A DNA stretch of 64,000 bases from Dudresnaya verticillata (Eukaryota), in NCBI GenBank assembly GCA_977862235.1, contig OZ374561.1, positions 992,001 to 1,056,000 on the forward strand. The letters are read 5' to 3'. Below the pieces are notes generated by a model. That model was not told the DNA's origin and made no database searches. It saw only the letters and a list, made by a program, of their open reading frames with translations. The translations under genes were made by a program, and so were the position numbers. Every line of letters begins with the position of its first letter. Positions within the stretch are counted from its first letter, which is position 1. This document shows positions 1 through 12,488 of the stretch, in pieces.

Positions 1-617
1 GTACGGCTTGTTCTTCCGGTGCATAGGGTTCTTCCCTGACGGCATGACCGATGACCATCTTGACGTATAAGCAGGGAATGAACCATTCTAGGCCTGCTCT
101 AATTGGAAACAGTTGATTTCCCAATATGGAAAGAACAGTGATGCCTGTTGCCAGAGATCTTCGAAGATAAAGAGGCGCTGCAAGAACTGTAGAAACAGCA
201 AGTTGTAGCAGCACGTACCAATAAATTGCCATTCTTACATTACCGCCAAGCAGATATGCGGCGAGGATGGGTTGTACGTGTATAGCGGTGAAGATTCGTG
301 CGTCTTTGACGAGCCAGGCACCAGTTCCTTCTCCTTCTCGAACGGGAGAGTGGTAATAGCGCTTGCAAGAGTTGAGCATGTTCGCAACAGCGCCACCGGC
401 AATGTCGTAGGCGAAGAAGGCGAGGACGAGGACTTTGCGGTCGTGCGCGATGGGTGTTCCGCCCAGAATATCCACTGCGAGGATGATGATCATGAGAAGA
501 GCGAAGAAGAGCGGCGAAGCCGTGGGCAAGGATTCTTTCAGAGGAACTGGCTCCTGTGCCGCACAGAGGGTCCGAAGTGCCGGAGTAGGTCCACTGGATG
601 CGTGGCTGGGATGACAT
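1..617 (-). pseudogene. Multi-pass membrane protein of unknown function, one frameshift near 507; 3' end runs off the window
   Basis: Hand translation: MSSQPRIQWTYSGTSDPLCGTGASSSERILAHGFAALL, then a shift to ALLMIIILAVDILGG...FFAYDIAGGAVANMLNSCKRYYH...PLYLRRSLA...GLEWFIPCLYVKMVIGHAVREEPYAP. Open to base 1, with several hydrophobic helices. Confidence 0.65.
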
Positions 618-1492
618 TGTTAGTACGACGGGTGGGGCTTGTGGGCAATGAATGCTTGTGTTGTCGAACCTCAGTTCGAAAAGTCGTCTGGGTTCGTCCT
701 TGGTTCGGATGTGGGTCTGGCTGAGCGCAGCTTTATGTCGGGTCCTGATTCTGATCTGCTGGTAGAGAAAGAGCGTTGGTTGGCATTGGTGATGTTCTCC
801 AGGCTTACTTTCGAAAGTGAATAGGCCTTTTCATCTGGAGGTGATGCCAAGCACAAGTCGGTGCTGACTTTCGAGTCTCTCTCGGCTGGCTGATGTCATC
901 CGCAATAGCCAGTGGAACTCCTAAAGGCAGCATAAAGCCACATGGGCCAATAAACGCGAATGGCTTGGCTACAACTGCGGACAATTCACTTGTTGAATTT
1001 TTGATGACGCTTTTGTCGTTTATGCATTACACAGAGCGGGTGTCTGCTCCTTGGTCGCGTTTTTCTTTGGAGGGTTCCAAATGGGCTGGCGTGCTTTCCT
1101 GATTCTCTGTGGGCTACTTGTCATGCATCTCGCTTCCATTTTTTGGGATGTGCATGAGGCAAGGGGTTTCCTCACACCAAGGGTGTGCCCACACAAATGA
1201 CAAACTTCCCACTTGATGGAGTCCTGGCAGGCAGGTGATGACCCTCAAGGCCGGTATTATATCTGAGCCAAGGGGCTGGAAAGAAATACGGGTCACTGTT
1301 CTTCCTTATTGTAGTTGGTGGCTGAGTTATCACCTGCGGGGTGAGGCTGTTCACCTCTCGACGGCGCAGACGGGAAGGGGAATATTTATTGCGTGGATTG
1401 CAGGGTAACTATAATCCCGGTAGCGGGTAGCGGGGCACCAATCGCTTGCACTAATCGCCGCCTTTTTTGGGCAGTGCTTAGCACTGTATAGT

Positions 1493-2250
1493 CTAGTCCA
1501 AACTTAGAAGCACAGCTGGGCGTGAGGAAGGCAGCATATAGTCAGTGCAACCGCTACATGCGGGTCCTTTCTTTGCCGGATTGTCACAACCGATGAGACA
1601 CAAGAGTTTCGGGCACACATTTGGAACAAGCTTCGGCCACTGCTTGCACCGGATGACACGTTTGCGCTTATCTCTCTCCAAGGCGCACTTGGCCTTAGGA
1701 CCATTCCGCGAGCAGTACAACAGCGTACCCGGCCGAGCGGCTGGAAGAGGCGATGGTGACGGTGTCTTAAGTCCATCGCATACCTGAGGTGGGGGTCGGA
1801 ACGTACAACGGCTTGAAATTGGACTTGCAACTGTCGAAGTTAAAGCGACAAGCAGGGCAGGCGAAGCAGAAGGGGCCTTTCTTGGGAAGTCGATTGCATG
1901 CTACGGCGTAGGGGATCTTTGGACATGCATCAGGATCAATCTTGGACCATTTGCGGCACCCAATGGCAAGCTTCTGGCCAGGCTCTTTTCGCGAAGAAAC
2001 ACGTTGCCTTGGCGACACGTGCCATACAGACGTCCAAAGCGTCGACATAAGAGCCGAGCAGCCTCAGTTTTGATCTCTGCCAGGTCTGAAACCGTTGATC
2101 AGACATTGAATCTGTCCTTAGGGTTAGGCTGGGAGGGCATTTACACCCGTATGTGGCTTCTGTTGGTGCCATTTTCAACTTCTCCAGACGTGATCCTAGC
2201 CGACTGGGTTGATACCAAAACAGCAGCGACTGAAATGCAATGCAGCGCCT
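1493..2250 (-). pseudogene. Degenerate Cys-rich protein with two tandem modules
   Basis: Two similar modules in different frames: GCRKWSKIDPDACPKIPYAVACNRLPKKGPFCFAC and RCKQWPKLVPNVCPKLLCLIGCDNPAKKGPACSGC, separated by a Pro/Ser linker. 5' limit is approximate. Confidence 0.55.
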
Positions 2251-3429
2251 CTACGGTTGGGCTCGGCAAACGTCGCGCAGTGAGGTTGAGGTGACGTAAC
2301 CCAAACAGCTCTGCCGCTAGTTTCCGCTCAACTGGAAGCCCAGGGCGGCCTCTCGAGTTTCCCGACAGAGCGAGAAGTATCTTCTGGCAGCGATGCAACT
2401 CAGAAAAGCCGGTGAGGGAATGCCTGCCGGAAGCGTTTCACAGCAATGCTCATGCGCGCTCAGAGCCCAATCGGGCCATTATCCACCACTCAAAGTCTTT
2501 CTTCGACGTCACGCTGCACGCCAGAAGAGGATTCTTTGCACCACTGGCTGCACGGAGCTGCGTGCGGAAGAGTTCTATCAGCCTGGTGGGTCTTGCGTCG
2601 TTGCGGACAAGGCTGATGTCGCAGTCTCATAAGACGACCGCTACAACGTCTTCACCGCCTTCTGCTGCAGCCACTTTCCCCGGTAAGCGGGGTGTATCAC
2701 TTCCTGCCAGTCTCGCCATGTCTCGCAGGGGCCGGAGCGCGAATGTAGGTATAAAAGCCCGCTGCATGAGCCACTCCCGCGTAGTCTGTGCGTCCGCGAT
2801 GCCTCTGCTGGTCCCTACGGCTACATTCGCCCAGGGTTGTTTCAAACACCGCGGGATTACAAGAAATGTCACTACAATCTCCTAAATCCGTGCTACAGTC
2901 TCCAAAAGAACCTCACAAGCTTCCTCATCGGACTGATCCAAAGCAACAGAAAACTGGACTAAACTCTGTCAATACAACACGGGTCCGAGATATTGCTGTG
3001 GACGTCTTGGACGGCGAGACCGTTGTCTTTGAGCACTTTGAAGGAACACGACATCATGTCGCTATCGATCACGGGGATGAACGCCTTTCAAAGCCTCAAT
3101 ACGTTGCCGAAGACGTACTTGACGAAGAGGTCGTTGTGTTCGAGCTTCTCGAGCACGGAGAACGATCCGTCTCAGGATGAACATGGGGCCTAGTTCCTGA
3201 CACATCGGAACCGTACATTTCCTCTTGTTTCAAGGAGTCACAGCGAATGGTACTTCTCAACCGTCCCAGACAACTGCTGGCGTTTTCTTACAGATGCCCC
3301 CCAACTCCGCAACTCTGCTGCAGTCCACTATTTTCCCCTTTTAAATGCCAACTCAGCTTTAACATTCTCTTCCCGCACAGACACACACCGGAATAGGTAT
3401 TCCGGAGATAAGTGATGACTCTCTATTTT

Positions 3430-5240
3430 CTCTATTCGAAGAAAAATGAGGATTCATCTTCAAGAAACGTACATCTACCTACTGAAAGAATCCAGTCACA
3501 CTGCCATGTTGCCCCGGTGACACGAAATCTTTGGTGACTCTTTAGTACGATCTCTGTGTTCGTAGTACGTGTCCTTCTTAATTTCTCAACCATTAGATTC
3601 CCTGTTCTCATGGCCTCTTGGTTAAACCTTTGATCATCAACCGTGCAGATCTGCCACGTCTCGTGCTTCAGCGCTCCACGCACCGAAGGGATCATCATGT
3701 GCAAGGGCGCAAGCAATTTTCTCACGTAATTTGCTTGCTACTATGTAGTTTTTTTTGCAATGTCTGTGTAACGCGCACGCAACATACTAGCCCCTTGTTA
3801 TCTCCTCGCAGCCTCATTCGGGAGGCACCCTTACCGTTTCGAAGACATCGCTTCTTATCACTTCAGCGCGTCGGATATATTCTCACATTGTAATGAAGCC
3901 AAACGATCCGGCTTCCATCGACTTCACTCGCCTGTGGAGATTATTGAGCGTTGCATTGGGACGAGGCTACAAGCACCCGTTATACCCAGGAAAGCATCAT
4001 TTCCGGCCTTCGAAAGAAAGCTTGGATGCATTATGATTCTGTGTGTACGTGAATACCAGCCTCTGTGCGATTGATATTCTGCACAAGAATGCATAAGCAT
4101 TCTTGTTCTGCTCGACTTTGCATAATGCTCTCTTTGCTCTTTGCCCTGACTGCTTCGTTGCTGACGAAAGTCCATGGCACTTAAAATTCTCTTCTTTAAT
4201 GCTGCCAAAGCGAGCTTCCAGAATATGGATCACATCGATCTGGATCCTTATTTCAATATGCCCCAACGTATACGTCCTTTGAGACTTTTAGTCTGATCAA
4301 GGCTTGTCATCCTGTTACCATATTTTTCTTCAACTTCTGCATTGAAAGACCATATTTTGTAGGATGATTCCGTGGTTTACGGAAAAATGCTTCCGAAGCT
4401 TTGCTACAGTTATGGACAATGGAAGTTCATATCCTTTCAGGCAATCTGACAAAGAATCCTAGGGGCAGGGAACATACATTCCTGCCCGCTTGGTCAAAGC
4501 CAGCTCTGAACGCACGGAATGCCGTATCGATAGATCGGCAGTCTCCAATGGACTGTAACTGTGAGTAATCAACATCATCGCTGCGAATCTTAGCTCGCGT
4601 GACCGAAGCCAATACAATTGTTGTTGGATACCTTTAGAAGGAAGGGTTCAGTTTGCAAGCGAGGCAAAACGCCATGGTCCTCTATTTTATTTATTTTCAA
4701 GTTTCGCTGAATAAAGTGCATATCTCTTATTTCTTTGGACCGCCAGTGGATTTATCATCACATGGAAGCTTCCAACTTGTCTTAGAATGCACAATTCGCA
4801 ATGTGGAGTCACGAAAAAGCATTTGCAGCCGACTAGTAGTTTAGTTATTTCCAACGTACCTGTTAATACCTTGTGGTCTCTCTTTCCAACAGCATAGGGC
4901 ACATTTTATACCTCTACTTATTGTCACCTCGAGCTCCGTGTGATGCGCATCACTGATCGGTTGTTCTGTCGTAGCGATGTCCTATCGAGGAGACGAATCT
5001 TCCAGAGCCTCCATATGGATTAAACATTTCCTCGCCGTGCACGCCACGGATTCAGTTTCCGACCCATTGCTTTGTTTGATTCGGTCTCCAGCCTCTGCAA
5101 ATTCATGTTCAACGATACAACAGTTACGCTGTTTTGAAGATCCACAATACCCAATTTCCAAAGCAGTCGGCGACTTTGCCCAAAACGAAGGCAAAACCCG
5201 GGCTTGAAGCCCCAGTGTATCCCCAATTGTTCTTCGCATT
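3430..5240 (-). pseudogene. Possible decayed coding remnant, unidentified
   Basis: Co-oriented protein-like fragments (YQSHRGWYSRTHRII; YSQLQSIGDCRSIDTAFRAFRAGFDQAG) broken by stops; no family recognised. Confidence 0.25.
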
Positions 5241-6585
5241 CATTTTTTCATATTGGGTGAACAGTAAATTATGGCCATATTGGGCCTCTCTAGTGGAGTC
5301 TCCGCTACTCTGATTGTTTTTACTGAACTAATAAAACCAATTGTTGGTTAAAGGAATTGGTATTAAAACAACTTCTGACTAAAGCATGTTTTAGCATACG
5401 AACAGAACATTTCTCCTGTTAGTGATGACGTGAAAGTAATATACAGTGTGAACCGCAGTTACAGGTAACTGTGGCTTCTATTTAGTTCCTGAGTGTAGTG
5501 CTAACCAATTCCAAGGAAGACAGGTAGAGAACTCGAGTAGAAGAAACTTTGGTTTAATGAACAATGTTTTCCAAATCTCCTTGGTGCTAAAGACGAACAG
5601 TTCTGGATTTTTGCAGAAAACTCCTCTCATATGCCCGCGCGTTGTCCAGATTTTACCTCATCGTGTCGATGATTGCGCCGTACCGTAGCTCTACGATTTT
5701 TCCTACTGGGTTTCTATCAGAGCATAGGGCGTAGAACATTATGCGCGCGGAAAAGACTGCATAGTCAGCAAGACTCTCAGGGTCGTATGAGATTTTCGAG
5801 ATACGTTCATCGGTCTCGATGCAGAACTGTAAGGAAGGTTACGGCTAGTCAATCCAACAATTCATAGCCTCGAGTGCGATGCTCTGTACGGAATGCACAG
5901 ACGATTTTTCGATGCAACAAAGTCGTACAAATGCTACTCTTCTGGTGCTGCTTGATTACCACTGCTCAGTCTCAGAGGAGGATCCTCGGCACAGTGGCTG
6001 TCGACGGTTCCCCCTCCACACATGCCGCTGAGGAGCGACAAGGCGAAGAAGCTGAAGGTTCTCTCAAGCCTCCGCTCCATTTGCAGGAAATGTTTCTAAG
6101 AAGAGCCTTGTGTTGGCGGCAGTGGAAAATCATTCGCGCTTATGGGTCCATCTCTTGACACGCATGTTACACAAATAAGCATACCCGGGGGAAGAAAAAA
6201 AGAGGCGAGCCATGGTGGAAACACTGTTTTGCTTTCACATCCGCTTTTAAACTGATACTACGCGAGGACCCAGCAGTGGAAGGTTCGATCGTTGTCCTCA
6301 TGGCATAGCCAGTGCAAGTCCCAGGGTCTCCCGCATTCATAATGCCAACAACGCTGGTGCAATAATTCTTTCGGATAACGCTATGCTATGCTTTGCTCTC
6401 AAACTGTCTTACCTTACAGGTTTCCCTCTACGCCTACCTCAAGTGAAGCGACAAAAACTTCTTTGTGCCCTACGTGAATACCATAGTGGCGGCCCCAACA
6501 ACTAGAACGAACCTGCACATCCTGCAACAGCAGAATCTGTTGAATCACAAGGCAGCGTAGCAACCAAGCAACTTCGATATCCAAC

Positions 6586-8228
6586 ATGATTTCTGTAATT
6601 CTCACCTTTATCCTGCTGCACCTGGCCACCGTACTAGCTGACTGCCCACCGGGCTCTTATCAAAGCATTTCGTCAGGCTGTGTTGAATGTCCTGCAGGTA
6701 CTTCCAATTCATTTCCAGGTGCTCTAGGACCAGATTTATGCCGAGACTGCCCCGCCAACACTTTTAGCTTGTCTGGTTCATCTAAATGCCAGCCATGCCC
6801 TCCCGGCCAGATCTCTGAACAAGCCGCATCAACATGCTTGGTGTGCCCGCCAGGGAAAGAGCTCAACTTCCGCTCCTGTGAACGATGTGCGAAGGGGTTT
6901 TATAGCGACCAGCTAACTTGGACTGCCTGCCATGTCCGCCCGGAACGACGACGAAGAAGACAGGAGCAAAGTCCAAGAATGCCTGCCGTCCCACCCCGAC
7001 CCCCAGCTGTGTTGTTGAAGGCAAAGCCTGTGATGACTGTGATGCCGGTGAGTTCTACAACTTTGAAACTCAGAGTTGTGAATCTTGCCCTTCTGGAACA
7101 TTCTCGAGTAGTCGTCGCTCCGTGAAATGTACCCCTTGCCCGCCAGGAACGTTTGCAAAGCATTCGTTCTCAACAGAATGTACGCCATGTGCAAACGGGA
7201 GAGTTGCCCCAGAGCCCGGCAGCGTCATCTGCTGATTCGCCGGCTTTCCTTGTCCATCTAACTACTTTGAGGACAAGATGGGTCGCTGCAACACCTGCAA
7301 ACCAGGTTTCCGCCTAGACAGGAGCAAGAAATTATGTAAGCCGTGCAAAGGGAACAAGTGGGGCAATGGTGGTAACGTAACAAAATGCTTCCGATGTGGC
7401 AAGGGCCGAGTTGTGGTACCTAGCCTTAACGATTGTCTTTGCAAACCAGGACGTTTCCCAACGGTAGATGGGCGTTGTGCAAAGTGTCCACGAGGGACGA
7501 GACGACAAAGTGCGTCGAGCAATCCTGTATGTGAGCGCTGCTTCTTCGGATCTGTTGGGAAGAAGAAAGGTTTATCGGAGTGCACAGTATGTCCAAAAGG
7601 GAGCTTCCAGCCAAAGGAAGGTCAGAAGAAATGCTTACCATGTCCAAATGGAACGGTGCAGAAACCGTTTTCGTTCGGAAGATCATGCGTCTCGACCAAG
7701 ACAAACTGTCCTCTTGGATTCAAGCGGGTTCAGATCAATGCGAATTCGTTCCGCTGCGACCAGAGGCCCTGCCCGGCAGGCACTTTTGAGCAAGACGTAG
7801 GAAACGGACCCGTATGTGCAACCTGCTTCCCAGGACAGCGATATGTGCCGGAAACTGGAAGGTGCCTGGAGTGCGGAGACAGAGATATCAGTCCCGGTGG
7901 GCTTACAACTTCCTGTACACGTTGTCCGAACGGACTGTTTAGGTACAGACCTGAAGGAGATAACTGCCGGTGCGTAAATGCTGGGTACGGACTCGAGAAT
8001 GGAGAGTGTAAGCTGTGTCCACCAGGAACGTTCTCAGTTTACTATAAGGACTTCTGCACACCTTGTCCAGTAGGCACTTTCGCTGCTAGAGCGGGAACTT
8101 ACCTGGGGTGCACAGCATGTCCGAAGAACACGTTTACGGACCAGGCTGGTTCGAGTTCTTGTAAGCCATGCCCAGCTGGGAGGATTAGCTACGGGGTGCA
8201 GGAAAATAGCTGTGTTGGGAAGATATAG
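6586..8228 (+). pseudogene. Secreted Cys-rich repeat protein (GCC2/GCC3, ephrin-receptor-like CxxCPxGT repeats), disrupted
   Basis: Signal peptide MISVILTFILLHLATVLA and many CxxCPxG[TF] repeats. Frameshift near 6915. In-frame TGA at 7233-7235, with the same frame continuing into ORF 7278-8228. Confidence 0.8.
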
Positions 8229-9658
8229 CTGAACAGGGAGCTCCTCGTCCGAATACATAGAGAGCGTTAGCCCCTATCCACTAAACAATGGGTACTAATC
8301 GTGCAAGTATACTTCACGTTGATCATCACAAGGACGTGAGCCGTCCGTAGAGGGATTTCAATACTGTAGCAGAATATGTCATCTCTCGCTCCTGGGAGAA
8401 GGCTTTGTCAGGTACTGGTGACTGAGAAAAGGTTGACAAAAAGGATAGCCGACAAACATCAACACCGCAATGTCAGGCTTAAGGTGATGAAAGAATCAGG
8501 AAAGAGGCGTTTGATGCTGAGGCTTCAAAGGCTGGAGAGCAATCGAATATACGTATACGGTTCCTATTCATTGACAGGAAGAGAGGAAAAGAGAATGAAG
8601 AAGGCAACAGCAACAGGACGAGGCAAAGGTGATACTGTGATGGTAAACATTTACTAATTGTTTAGGGCGGTGCCGCACGGGCAACTACAGTAAGACCCAT
8701 CAGCAGGCGCACCAGCACAAAATGCTGTACAGTACTGCGCGCTATCACAGGAGTACAATAAGATACCACTCCAATTTCTGAAGAATCTCGACAAATGAAT
8801 GTCTCGTACAGTATACTGTTCCAAACATCAAAGGCACTAGTCAAGCCTCATCATAGCCATAAGTACGGCACTTTTACAGGCAGTTAGCTGGAGGGTTGCG
8901 TCTACAGCTCGAAGAGTCAGATGACAGGGTCTGGCAGTCAAGCCGCAGTTCGTTTGGCTTTTGACGTGCATCTATGCCAAACTCTAACATACTCCTGGGT
9001 ACCACACTGTCCGCGAACGCCAAAAAACAACTTCAACAACAACACATCGATTTGCACTCTGCTTAACACACGCCATGGTTACGGGTACAGTATTTGCTGT
9101 TGTGTTGGCGTAAATTACCTTCGTCGCTGGCTCGAAATGCCTGGAGTTCAGATTGTAACGCGGGTCTGTGCGGAAACATGTCTGCGTTATCATCTGAAAT
9201 TTCCGGTACAAGAGAAACCGGGACCCGTTTGTTTCATGTTCACTGATGAAAGCAAGCGACTAGATTAGTCCCTTCTCACCTTGTTCACTAACTACATGCT
9301 TTGCCGACCATCTTATCTTAATTTCTGCGTCATTAATCTTAGGAACAAGAAGTTTAATCAATAACAAGGAGTCCAGTCCGCTGACTCCAGGAAGGCAGAA
9401 TTGAAACTCCTATCGTTAAAGGAAGGGGCTATACGAAGCCCTGTGAGGTAGGTTACTACCAGCAAACTTCGAACAGCGCTTATTAGCTGAAAGCACTCGA
9501 CAGTCAATGGGGCGAGTGACGAAGTGTAGCCTGCAGCTTGCTCAGACTCTAGATAAGTTGAGCATGTGACATCAGAGCACAACACAAAAATCTTTTGGGA
9601 TGTGATGGTCTCGGGATTCTCTGCATGTCGGGCCAACTACTCAGATGTGTTGCTCTGA

Positions 9659-9898
9659 CTAGTAGCTGTAGCACAGGAAAGATTTGTAAAGCGACAGGCA
9701 AATGCCTGATGAACCGGTGCCTCCCGAAACACAGCAAATATAAGGGCCCGTGCAATCTTCGTCAGTGTAGCAACTAATCTTGGCGGCAACGTTGTCGAGG
9801 TCCACCTTCGAAGCGTCTACTGCCGGTTCCTTGGTGATCACTGTCGCAGCAGAAATGGTGAACAGGACAGCCATGAACAAAGTCGAGAAGCGAAACAT
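9659..9898 (-). CDS. Small secreted Cys-rich (knottin-like) peptide precursor, 79 aa
   Basis: Signal peptide MFRFSTLFMAVLFTISAA, acidic pro-region, then a mature part with six Cys in C-C-CC-C-C order. Upstream TATA box. Confidence 0.75.
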   Translation of the reverse strand: MFRFSTLFMAVLFTISAATVITKEPAVDASKVDLDNVAAKISCYTDEDCTGPYICCVSGGTGSSGICLSLYKSFLCYSY

Positions 9899-9988
9899 AG
9901 TTGCTGTGTTTGTTTGCAAGGTAGAGGTCAGCCGTTGGTTTGACAGTAAGGAATGGGCTTCGGAGTGTGCGTACGCGTAGGTGGTGTA

Positions 9989-9997
9989 CTTTATATA
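9989..9997 (-). promoter_or_regulatory. TATA box of the peptide gene
   Basis: TATATAAAG on the minus strand about 90 nt upstream of the ATG at 9898. Confidence 0.55.
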
Positions 9998-10321
9998 CGT
10001 TTTGGAAAGACCAATCGGTGCTTTGAAACAGTCGCTGGGGGGTACTTTGACATGTGCTGCAGCACAGAGTAGGCGAACAGATTATTACTTGCGACAGGCG
10101 CTCTCCTGTTACACTTCCCTACGGCTGCCATTGGCACTCTTATTGGCATACCTCTGGGATCTCGAAATCTCGGACAGAATCGATCGCAACACCAAAGGAG
10201 CCAATGCGCTTCTATGTGCAAAAAAGACTACAGCAGTTTCGTAAGTTATTATACAAGACCGTGCGGCGGGGCGCCGTACTAATTTGCGGAGCTCTTGCTG
10301 ATTTCCTTTGGAGAGATTTTA

Positions 10322-10543
10322 CGTCAGGTGTAGACCGCAGGTTTATGCAGATGAAACAGCATGCAATATATAGCAAGGCCGGCCACAATGCATCGTCACT
10401 GTCATGTGGCGTGCGCGCCGCGTATGGATCGGCTCCGTGATCCGATTTGATCCGTTCGCATCGCCGCCGTCGCTTGCGCGGTCAAGTTAAGAGATCGGTT
10501 CGGGTGGCGACTGAGTGCCCCTCTTGGCATGCCTCTCTCTTTC
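10322..10543 (+). repeat. YR element direct repeat, left copy
   Basis: Matches 45628-45849 with 3 substitutions seen; contains the TATA-like AATATATAG. Confidence 0.95.
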
Positions 10544-11310
10544 TCAAAGAGAGTCCCCAGACCATCTGGCGGTAGGCAGCTTTCTATTGTGCGGTCAAAC
10601 GGATCCGATCAAGCGTACAATACTACGCAAAGTCTACGATGGATATCTCAAAGACATTGGAGCTGACGGAGGACCTGCTGAGCAGGGCAAAAGATGTGGC
10701 AAAGGGCAAGACTCTCTCCGCGGCGGGCCCGCCGGCATTGATCCGAAATGGATGGTTGCATACGGTACCATCACTCGTCGAACCCGGGACGATAAGGACT
10801 TGGGACTCACTCGCTTGCCGTACGAACAAGGCCCAAGTGTAGGCGCGTTTGCAGGAGGATTTTTTGAGCATCGGGACTGGCCGATTCGTAAAGGGATGGA
10901 ATGCCACAAGAGCATGCGTGCTGTGTTCGAGTACGAAGCCAACTACATCAACGCAGCAGGGTTCTGGATGGCCTTCCATCAGTCTGCCATGCGTCTCCGA
11001 GCCGAAACATTTGACAAAAAGAAAATCAACCGGGCTGAAACATATGATGTGTGGGCGAACATAGCCATCCGGTATGGAATAAGGGTGACTGGCTTGCGCG
11101 TAGAGTTTTACAAGCTTGTGGCACAAGATCCGGTCTACGCCCAACTTTTCATGCCTAGTCTCGAGAAACGTAACGAAAGTTCTGCTGCTGATGATATGAT
11201 AGAACCCTTGGAGAAGCTTGACTCCCACATGACGACACAACTGATGAAATATTTCGCGACACTCAGTGCCAGCAATGCAACAAAGAAAGCTATAAGAGGT
11301 GGCGCCGCTG
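10515..11310 (+). pseudogene. YR element gag-like ORF (last codons at 42514-42524)
   Basis: Lies between the left repeat and RT once A is removed. The ORF-track tail (VWYNDPP...) is read-through into the LTR. Confidence 0.65.
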
Positions 11311-11999
11311 TGTGGTACAATGATCCGCCAGCGGCTGTAAGCACGTACACGTGTTTTGCGCCTATAATGCGCGGGTAATATTTCGCGTGGCATGCGCCTG
11401 TAAGGCGCCGCCCATACTGCCGCCCTGTAAGGCCCGGTGCATTGTTGGCCACCCCATATGGTATTGCTGGGAACAGCACGGCGCCAATGAGATGGCTAGC
11501 CGTGATTGGCTGATTTACCATGGCCTTACGCGCAGGAGCACGCCCGAGTCATAAGCACCTTACGTGCGCCGGGCGGAGTACGACCGCTCACCACCTCATT
11601 GTAATTATTAACGCTAACTTCAATAGCTTAGAATAGGAATAGCGGCGAAGGCGCTTTCGGCCTTCGCCATATTTATTGCCCCCTGACTAGCAGGGGTCTG
11701 CTGAATAGAACCCTACGGTGGGTTTCGGGTCTGTACGCTTTCTTTGGTCTACATGGGCTCACCGTACTCCCCCTTCCAGGTTCTTTACAAGCTTTAGCCT
11801 CGTACGGCTTTGTACTCTACGAGTGTTAGGGTGGCGCCGCCCCTTTTGCCTTTCTTCCAGGCACGCTAGCCTTTTCCCTTTTCCCTCAAAGTCTCTACCA
11901 ACTCCCCATTGAGTTACCCTCGTTAGGGTGTGTGCGCGCACGGGACAGCTGTCCTTGCCGTTTTAGCGGGCTACTGGCTCATCGCGCCATACTACTACA
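11311..11999 (+). repeat. Element A 5' LTR
   Basis: TGTGGTA...TACTACA; direct repeat of 41783-42508. Confidence 0.95.
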
Positions 12000-12000
12000 G

Positions 12001-12018
12001 TGGTCTCCCGACCTAGAA
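12001..12018 (+). promoter_or_regulatory. PBS of element A
   Basis: TGGTCTCCCGACCTAGAA, 1 nt after the LTR; identical in D, F and G. Confidence 0.9.
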
Positions 12019-12488
12019 TCGGTTCTGGGTCGATTCCCTTTATTACCTCAACGTCAGTCCATCGCTTTGGAATTTTCAAGGATCGAGTTTTCTCCCTGCA
12101 AGATCTCAAGGTTCGACTTCCTGGCGTTGAAACCCTAGTCGTCCGGGTGACGACGGTCCCTAAGCTTCATATCGAGCGCTGGAGTTACGCCAAATCTAGT
12201 GCAAGCACCCCTACCGCCGTGGCGGTTTAGTAAGTTCAACGAGCACATCCTAGTCGCGGATTGACGCCCCTTCCGGGAGAACCTCAACAGGTTATCGTAA
12301 TACCTGTACAAAAAAATACGTCCTTGTACGGGCTGTGCGGGCGCGCATTGCGGAAAGACCGCGTGGCCAGAATCGCCCGTAACCCCGAGAACGACGGTTC
12401 TGAAGAAGATTGCCCACTTGGAAAATTTTCCCGTCAGGCAACCACAGGACCGATACCCTTCGTTTAGGTCGACAAGACCGACCTGAAC

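Noticed and set aside
2993..3180. Short duplicated peptide (VDVLDGETVVFE / EDVLDEEVVVFE)
   Set aside because: Too short and without a supported gene model to call a feature.
7233..7235. Recoded TGA (Sec or Trp) explaining in-frame stops
   Set aside because: The same genes or elements carry other lesions, and TGA is used as a normal stop (e.g. YR at 45564); mutation is the simpler explanation.
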